DNA of 64,000 nucleotides, the filler included, from Nanobdellota archaeon (lineage in GTDB: Archaea > Nanobdellota > Nanobdellia > Woesearchaeales > CAZZGN01): NCBI GenBank assembly GCA_051819665.1. It is 5 parts of 5 records of this genome, joined end to end, with 100 filler letters (N's around TTAATTAATTAA, not from the genome) between each part and the next. Parts side by side here need not be neighbours in the genome. Positions count along the whole stretch, not along the records: positions 54,479 to 64,000 come from JBNJDG010000036.1; 4 more parts are not named here. One strand, given 5' to 3'. The translations under genes were made by a program, and so were the position numbers. This document shows, piece by piece, positions 57,857 to 64,000 of the stretch. A model generated the notes under the pieces. It ran no database searches. It had not been told where the DNA came from and saw nothing but the letters and a program-made list of their open reading frames with translations. The stretch's first letter is position 1. Every line of letters starts with the position of its first letter.

Positions 57857-58080
57857 GGTTCACCACTATTTTTTTGGTAATTTCGATGATAGCAGTCTTA
57901 GGCTGCGGTCCCGCTGAAGATACCTCGACAGAGGACGAACCTCCAGTACAGGAGGAAACGGATTCGCCTTCAGCGGACGATTCTGATTCCGGGCAGACCA
58001 ACAAATCAGATGACTCGGCTATTGATGAAGAGTTTGCTCAGGAAGACGAAGAATTTGTCGAAGTCGGGGAGATGGTTTAA
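57853..58080 (+). CDS. Small acidic lipoprotein
   Basis: Lipobox-like AVLGC; ends EFVEVGEMV; ATGA overlap. Confidence 0.7.
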   Translation: MRFTTIFLVISMIAVLGCGPAEDTSTEDEPPVQEETDSPSADDSDSGQTNKSDDSAIDEEFAQEDEEFVEVGEMV

Positions 58081-58095
58081 TCCCCTTTTATTTTT

Positions 58096-58476
58096 TTATT
58101 CTTTCAGATTGAACAATAATGAATACTTAGAGAATGTCTCATCCTTCTTGATCGTCTCTATAAGATCCATTATGATGTGAAAACCCATGCCTAGAACGAT
58201 ATACCTCAAAGGCTCCATAAAAAAAGACAAAAGTACAAGAAGAGAAAAGATCTCCATAAAATGGAAGACATAGATCTTCCTCGTGAAACCTTTCCGGATA
58301 AAATGTCTTATCGCCTTTACAGGATCAAGAGAATTCTCCTTAAGGACAAAGAGGATATAATGGTCAAAGTCTATAGCTACAGAAGAGAGGAAGACTATCA
58401 GGGACCATGGACCTATGATAGGATATATAGCCACTGAGAACAAAAGTCCATAGATTATATGCTTATCCGTATACAT
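58096..58476 (-). CDS. Membrane-bound metal-dependent hydrolase-like protein
   Basis: H near the N-terminus, IDFDH, FH, FHIIMD. Confidence 0.65.
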   Translation of the reverse strand: MYTDKHIIYGLLFSVAIYPIIGPWSLIVFLSSVAIDFDHYILFVLKENSLDPVKAIRHFIRKGFTRKIYVFHFMEIFSLLVLLSFFMEPLRYIVLGMGFHIIMDLIETIKKDETFSKYSLLFNLKE

Positions 58477-58477
58477 C

Positions 58478-58951
58478 CTAATAGATCACCCCCACAAGGA
58501 TTTTCTTTATATCATCAAACCTTACCCTTACAGGATCAGGCTCCTCATTATTATCCCCCTTAAGAACATAATAAGTGCCTTTCTCATCATGCCTTATATC
58601 GATGACCCTGTGGATTATGTCGCCGTTCTCCGAGCTGTAGGTAACTATGTCACCAACATGGACGTCATCCTCACTTTCCGGTATTATCTGGATGGCATTC
58701 GTTCCCTTGTCCAGAACAGGATCCATCGAGTTAGTATCCCTGAACCTCGCCCAGTCAGCATCAATATCAAGGACGACCCTGTTCTCATATACATGGATCC
58801 TGTCCTCACCTATGTGGTCATGCGGGGACATAAGCTCTTCGCTCGCCCTCGTGAAAGGCTTCTCCGCACTCACAGGTTCCTGCAATAATGACAGGGAATA
58901 ACCAATCATAAGCCCTAATGCAAGCATGAAAAACATGATCCTCTTATCCAA
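58478..58951 (-). CDS. Signal peptidase I-like protein (S26, Ser-His type)
   Basis: TNSMDP, VGDIVTY, IIHRVI, LKGDNN..D. Confidence 0.82.
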   Translation of the reverse strand: MDKRIMFFMLALGLMIGYSLSLLQEPVSAEKPFTRASEELMSPHDHIGEDRIHVYENRVVLDIDADWARFRDTNSMDPVLDKGTNAIQIIPESEDDVHVGDIVTYSSENGDIIHRVIDIRHDEKGTYYVLKGDNNEEPDPVRVRFDDIKKILVGVIY

Positions 58952-59057
58952 TTCTAACCCCCGCTATAGGGAGAGCATGGTCAATTTATAAATGTTTCGT
59001 TACTAAATGGTAAAAACACAGTTAATCTTATTAATTATCACCCACATAAGAGAGAGG

Positions 59058-60746
59058 ATGGCAATCTGGAACCTAAGCAAGATATCAGAGAAAAGCGACA
59101 AAGAACTCATGGATGAGATCTCCTCCCTGGCTGAAGAGATCGAAGCTTACAAAGGAAAGGACATCCCTCTAGCGGAATTCAGGAAGATACTGGGGAAACT
59201 CGAAAGCCTGAGCAGGAAGTCCAACAGGCTTATGGCAAGAGCATCTCTCAAGCAGGCTGAGAACACCTCTGACAATGAGAACAATGCCAGGCTCTCAAAA
59301 CTTTCCAATTTCTCGACAGAAATTTCGAACAGGCTCCTGTTCTTCGAGCACTGGTTCCAGTCACTTAGTGAAGAGAAGGCAGAAAAGTATATCAACTCTG
59401 CAGAGGAATACAGGTATCATCTGGGGCAGATCAGGAAATTCAGAGGATATATGCTGAAAGAGGATGAAGAGAAGATCATAAACCTCAAGGACCTGTCAGG
59501 GTCGGAAGAGCTGAGCAAACTTTATGATATAATAACTAATCGTTTCCTTTTCACCTGGAACAACAGCAAGATTTCCCAGGAAGAGCTGCTTGAGAACATC
59601 AGGAGCAGTAAGAGGGAAAACAGGGTAAAAGCTTACGACCTCCTACTTGAAAGATACGAAGAGGAAGAGCCAGTCCTTGGAGAATTGTACATATCGATCC
59701 TTAACGACTGGAAGAATGAGAACATTACCCTCAGGGGTTTCAAAAAACCTGCGGAGCCAAGACATCTCGATAACGATCTTCCTGAGAAAGCTGTCAACAC
59801 CATGCTCAACACTGTCAGGAAAAATATAGGGCTTTTCCACCGATACTTCGATATAAAGAAAAAACAGATAGGACTTAAGGACCGTTATGACATCTACATG
59901 CCCTATAAAGAAGACAAAAGGATAAGCTATGAAAAAGCCAGAGAGAAAGTGCTTTCACTCTACAAGAACTTTGACAGGGAATTCTATGAAAAAGCAGAGA
60001 ATATCTTTGAAGAGAACGTACATTCAGAGATCAGGAAAGGCAAGAAATCCGGAGCTTTCTGTATGGACATAACCACGGAAGACATACCTTATGTGATGCT
60101 CAACCACAATGATACAACAGAAAGCCTTTTCACGATGGCGCATGAGATAGGTCATGGTGTGCATTTCCTCCTTGCCTCAAAGAATAATGAATTCCAGAAG
60201 CACCCAGCTCTTCCATTGGCCGAGACAGCTTCAATATTCTCCGAGATGCTCCTCTCAGATAAGATCTATAAAGAATCGGACAGAGAAAGCAGGAAATCTG
60301 TACTTATGAGACAACTCGATAACCAATATGCCACGATAATAAGACAGGCATACTTCACCCTCTTCGAAATGAAAGCACATGAGATGGAGGATCCTTCAAT
60401 AGACAAGCTGAACGAAGAATACTACAGGAACCTGAAAGAACAATTCGGTAACCTTGAAGTGCCTGAGAAGTTCAAGCATGAATGGAAATACATCCCTCAT
60501 ATTTATCATGTCCCTTTCTACTGCTATTCTTACGCTTTCGCAAACCTCGTTGTACTTGCCCTATTTGATGAATACAGGAAAAACGAGAACTTCATTGAAA
60601 GGTATAAGAAGATACTCTCTGCAGGTGGCTCTGCCTCTCCAGAAGAGATCCTCTCAGGATTCGATATAGAGGACGAAAGATTCTGGCAGAAAGGTTTTGA
60701 CATCATCAGACAGGAGATAGAAGAACTAGAGACCCTGATTAAGTAG
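59058..60746 (+). CDS. pepF: Oligoendopeptidase F (peptidase M3B)
   Basis: WNLS start, GKKSGAFC, TMAHEIGHGVH, AETAS, IPHIY..PFYCYSYAF. Confidence 0.92.
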   Translation: MAIWNLSKISEKSDKELMDEISSLAEEIEAYKGKDIPLAEFRKILGKLESLSRKSNRLMARASLKQAENTSDNENNARLSKLSNFSTEISNRLLFFEHWFQSLSEEKAEKYINSAEEYRYHLGQIRKFRGYMLKEDEEKIINLKDLSGSEELSKLYDIITNRFLFTWNNSKISQEELLENIRSSKRENRVKAYDLLLERYEEEEPVLGELYISILNDWKNENITLRGFKKPAEPRHLDNDLPEKAVNTMLNTVRKNIGLFHRYFDIKKKQIGLKDRYDIYMPYKEDKRISYEKAREKVLSLYKNFDREFYEKAENIFEENVHSEIRKGKKSGAFCMDITTEDIPYVMLNHNDTTESLFTMAHEIGHGVHFLLASKNNEFQKHPALPLAETASIFSEMLLSDKIYKESDRESRKSVLMRQLDNQYATIIRQAYFTLFEMKAHEMEDPSIDKLNEEYYRNLKEQFGNLEVPEKFKHEWKYIPHIYHVPFYCYSYAFANLVVLALFDEYRKNENFIERYKKILSAGGSASPEEILSGFDIEDERFWQKGFDIIRQEIEELETLIK

Positions 60747-60859
60747 TTTTCAAGGGCATTTTCATCCCTAAGTGGTCCTGAAACGCCCAATATATGGGCT
60801 AAACAATAGAAGAATTTAAAAATGAGCGTTTACATAAGAGAGACCTGAGGTGATTCTCG

Positions 60860-61123
60860 ATGAACAAAGGAGAACTAGTTGAGGCTGTTGCCAAAGACAC
60901 AAAGATGTCAAAGGCAGCTGCAGAGGATGCACTGAACTCAGTGCTAAAGAACATCAGAAAAGGCGCAAAGAAAGAGCCAGGAGTACAGCTGGTTGGTTTC
61001 GGTACATTCAAGACAACCAAGAGGAAGTCAAGGAATGGCGTAAACCCGGCTACTGGCGAGAAGATCAAGATTCCGGCAAGGAAGGTCTTTACTTTCAAGC
61101 CTAGCAAAAATCCAAAGTACTAA
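60860..61123 (+). CDS. hup: Bacterial-type histone-like protein HU
   Basis: MNKGELVEAVA, VQLVGFGTF, RNGVNPATGEKIKIPA, FKPSK. Confidence 0.95.
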   Translation: MNKGELVEAVAKDTKMSKAAAEDALNSVLKNIRKGAKKEPGVQLVGFGTFKTTKRKSRNGVNPATGEKIKIPARKVFTFKPSKNPKY

Positions 61124-61189
61124 GCTTTTTAGTGCTTTTTTATTTTTCTTTAATTATATTTAATAAGAATTCTGAAAAAAATAAAGGGA

Positions 61190-61831
61190 TCAGACGAAAT
61201 AGACTTTATCTGAGAATGAAGCCCTGTTCATATCTGTCTGCGTTTTTGCATTCAACTGATTCTCCGCTATCTTCATCTTATTGTAAGTCTCGGAAGAATA
61301 GTCATGGACAGCACCATCGGGCGTTACGTAAGCGTCTCGCAGTGAAGAACCCTGCTCACCTGAGACACGGTCATTCAGGCCACGGGAGAAATTCAGATGG
61401 CTCACATCAGGAGAAGATTTCGTTCCGTTCTCCCTCAGACCATCAAGTTTTTTCACAGCCTCATTCATTTTATGCAAAGTCTCAGGACCATAACTATGAA
61501 CTGCTCCGTCCGGTGTTATCTCAGAATACTTCATAGACCAGGGGGAATCCTGAGCCACCCCATAATTTTCCTTTAACATTGCAGAAATGCCGTTATCAGA
61601 GAACTCAGAGGCCAGTCCCTTAAGAAGGCCCCAGTCATTTTCAGAATAAGCATCAACAACGGCTCTAGAATACTCTCCGCCTAAACCGGCTTCTCTGGAA
61701 TTTCTCCAGACATCCATCAGCCCGGCCATCACATCCTTGGTATTGGTTCCAGTCTTATCTGACAACTTCTTCGCAAGAAGATTGTTATACATGAATACAT
61801 TCCCATTCTTTTGTAATACTTCTTCACCCAT
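61190..61831 (-). CDS. Hypothetical protein with a duplicated TPDGAVHxY motif
   Basis: GGAGGT SD before MGEEV; ITPDGAVHSYGPETLHKM and VTPDGAVHDYSSETYNKM. Confidence 0.65.
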   Translation of the reverse strand: MGEEVLQKNGNVFMYNNLLAKKLSDKTGTNTKDVMAGLMDVWRNSREAGLGGEYSRAVVDAYSENDWGLLKGLASEFSDNGISAMLKENYGVAQDSPWSMKYSEITPDGAVHSYGPETLHKMNEAVKKLDGLRENGTKSSPDVSHLNFSRGLNDRVSGEQGSSLRDAYVTPDGAVHDYSSETYNKMKIAENQLNAKTQTDMNRASFSDKVYFV

Positions 61832-61943
61832 ATTATTACCTCCTATAAATCTGATACGGAGAGAGCAAAAAGAATTCATATTTAAGAATGGTGACAAAAT
61901 AAGCAAATCAAGTGGGTTTTTGGATAAAATTGGTCAAAACAAC

Positions 61944-62591
61944 TTATTTTTGTCGATGTGTCCCATAAAGAACATTATATGCTTCCATCAGATCCTTCTC
62001 CTTGAAGAAGATTATTATCTCAGGAATACAGCTCATCATCTCAACTATATTTATATTATTGAGAGAAAGCTCAGTCGTGAGAATTGAAGCTATGCCGGGA
62101 GTAGACCAGGTTCTCTTGTCGAGATGTATTATCACCTCAGCAAGATCCTCATCTATCTTCTTTATACTCTGTTCAGGAATCAGCTCTTTTACCTTATTGA
62201 GGTTCTTCTTGTCTATTATGACCTTTATGGATTCATCAGCCTGGATAACCCTTAAGCTTTGATGCTTCTCCACCTCTATAACGGAGAAAAGCTCCGGCAG
62301 GACCCTTTCAGCAGCCTCTTCCTTATTCAGGGTTATGCTTACGATGCCGTTCTTTGAAGATAAAGTTGACTCGGAGACTATATCAAAGGCGTTGACAAAC
62401 ACTTCCGTCCTCTCTTTCACAGGATATCTCCTTATAGCGCTTATAACTGCATTGACCTCCTTATCAGGCATGAAATTCTGTACGATGAAGGAAGCAAGAG
62501 CTCTCTTGTTTATTATACCCTTATTCATACCCTCTCTCATGGAAGGGGTCCTGTCGATTATCCTGTAAACCTCTTTAGTCACATTATCCAT
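61944..62591 (-). CDS. Archaeal ACT-domain regulator-like protein
   Basis: GIINKRALA..AVISAIRRY N-domain; C-terminal ACT TPGIASILTTELSLNNINIVEMMSC. Confidence 0.78.
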   Translation of the reverse strand: MDNVTKEVYRIIDRTPSMREGMNKGIINKRALASFIVQNFMPDKEVNAVISAIRRYPVKERTEVFVNAFDIVSESTLSSKNGIVSITLNKEEAAERVLPELFSVIEVEKHQSLRVIQADESIKVIIDKKNLNKVKELIPEQSIKKIDEDLAEVIIHLDKRTWSTPGIASILTTELSLNNINIVEMMSCIPEIIIFFKEKDLMEAYNVLYGTHRQK

Positions 62592-62648
62592 ACAGGAATG
62601 ATATTTGCCAGAATATATAAATCTTTGCCTTTAGCTTTCTCAAAAAAT

Positions 62649-63509
62649 TCAGGCTTTCTTCCCTTTCTGCACGATGGTCCTGTAAGGGAAGGGTATCTCG
62701 ACCCCTTCTTTATCGAATCTTTTCTTTACATTCTCCAGGAGCTGGCATTTCAGCAAGTAACCGGCAGAAGCATCCTCAGTCCAGACATAAAGCCTCAACC
62801 CAATAGAGAAATCACCATGGAATATTACCCTCACCTTGAAGGGCTCTTCCTTCTTGAGCAGTTGATGGTGCTTCCTGTTATCCACCCAATAATCTGTCTT
62901 TTTAACCTCCTGAGAGATTATCTTTCTGGCCTTATCTATATCAGAATCATAACTTATCCCGAAATCGATGAAATTCAGGACCTTCTTATCCATTATGCTC
63001 GAGTTCTCAAGTTTCTCTTTGGCGATTATGGAATTCGGGATCATGAGCCTCTCGTTATTGAATGTCCTTACAACCGTATGCCACGAGGTTATATCTTCCA
63101 CATAACCCTCCACATCAGCCACTTTTATCCTGTCATCGATCCTGAAAGGCTCGAATATGGATATGAATATCCCTGCAACTATGTTCGAGAAGACTTCCTG
63201 TGTAGCAAATCCGACCACTATCGCTAGTACACCTGCACCGGCGAATATAGAATATGAGATCTCCTTCAGTGCAGGGAAAGAAGACATGATCAGGAGTATA
63301 CCTATTATATATATAGCACCGACAATGAACCTTCGGAGCATCTTGAACTTTGTCTTATCAACAACATGGGCTTTAGTGTTATGATCATAAACACGTTTAA
63401 GAGCCCTGTTCATGAACCTGCCTGCAACGAATGTAAGAACCACCACAATGAGAATATAGACAACCTTCTTTATTACAGGATTCTCCCAGAGTGCAACAAG
63501 ATCAACCAT
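62649..63509 (-). CDS. mscS: Small-conductance mechanosensitive channel
   Basis: AGAGVLAIVVGFATQEVFSNIVAG, PFRIDDRI, IPNS, GISYDSDI, GVEIPFP. Confidence 0.93.
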   Translation of the reverse strand: MVDLVALWENPVIKKVVYILIVVVLTFVAGRFMNRALKRVYDHNTKAHVVDKTKFKMLRRFIVGAIYIIGILLIMSSFPALKEISYSIFAGAGVLAIVVGFATQEVFSNIVAGIFISIFEPFRIDDRIKVADVEGYVEDITSWHTVVRTFNNERLMIPNSIIAKEKLENSSIMDKKVLNFIDFGISYDSDIDKARKIISQEVKKTDYWVDNRKHHQLLKKEEPFKVRVIFHGDFSIGLRLYVWTEDASAGYLLKCQLLENVKKRFDKEGVEIPFPYRTIVQKGKKA

Positions 63510-63548
63510 AAAGAGATACTCATAAGAACATATTGATAAATGTTTCCT

Positions 63549-63998
63549 TCATGGACCGTGCCTGTATTCAGAGATGTCTTTCACATAACCACCGGATATT
63601 TCATTGATTATCCTCTTACCGGTGCTGGAGATCTCTTTCACGGACTCACTCATCTCCTTATACTCTGAAGGGATCCTGTTTATATTGTGTTCCGCCTCAG
63701 AGATCCTATCATATATCTGATTGACAGCCTCAAACTGCTCATCTGTGAGTTTATATTCTTTGGCAAGGTCCTCATAATTCTCAAGCCTCTGGAAATCGTT
63801 CTTTATCGCTTCATAATCTATACCGGCAGGAGCACCGGTATCAACAGGGCCCTCATCAGGACCAAGCATGTCCTCTATAGACTCCGGTTCCTCACTCCCA
63901 CCATCTTCAGAATTCTCCGACTCTTCCCTGAAATCCTCTTCATCGACCTTGTTCTCTATCTGGTAATTCTTTATGGATTCAAAAACAGTCTCTTCCTC
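63549..63998 (-). CDS. Hypothetical acidic protein, 5' end outside the window
   Basis: Frame is open to the window end. Confidence 0.6.
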   Translation of the reverse strand, partial: EEETVFESIKNYQIENKVDEEDFREESENSEDGGSEEPESIEDMLGPDEGPVDTGAPAGIDYEAIKNDFQRLENYEDLAKEYKLTDEQFEAVNQIYDRISEAEHNINRIPSEYKEMSESVKEISSTGKRIINEISGGYVKDISEYRHGP

Positions 63999-64000
63999 TT

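Overview
The window holds five contigs of an archaeal genome bin joined by artificial N44-TTAATTAATTAA-N44 linkers (14102-14201, 28028-28127, 41646-41745, 54379-54478). The information-processing genes are archaeal (rpl37ae-rpoP-pcc1-pfdB, Rpp21, Nre, NOG1, archaeal ProRS/AlaRS, BRE-TATA promoters). They sit among many bacterial-type genes (MutS/MutL, DnaQ-like exonuclease, MnmA, RNase D, UvrD, PepF, HU). This mix suggests a DPANN archaeon, most likely Woesearchaeota (inference). Main observation: the last 99 nt of contig 1 (14003-14101) are the exact reverse complement of the last 99 nt of contig 4 (54280-54378). The Tad/type IV pilus-like locus (44691-54378) is therefore probably adjacent to, and convergent with, a >13 kb operon of giant Cys-rich Ig/FN3 surface proteins and two large paralogues with prepilin-type leaders (1-13141). 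Together they form a candidate >23 kb attachment apparatus. Other notable items: tRNA-Pro(UGG) with a 30-nt BHB intron at non-canonical position 59/60; two pilus genes that appear to start at AUU; a promoter-driven hairpin RNA with an anti-SD-like loop ahead of two micro-ORFs; a stand-alone N-terminal Dph2 module; a PIP-box-like tail on MutS; a decayed toxin-antitoxin pair near tRNA-Gly; and several unannotated small ORFs. All family assignments come from motifs recognised by eye, not from database searches.
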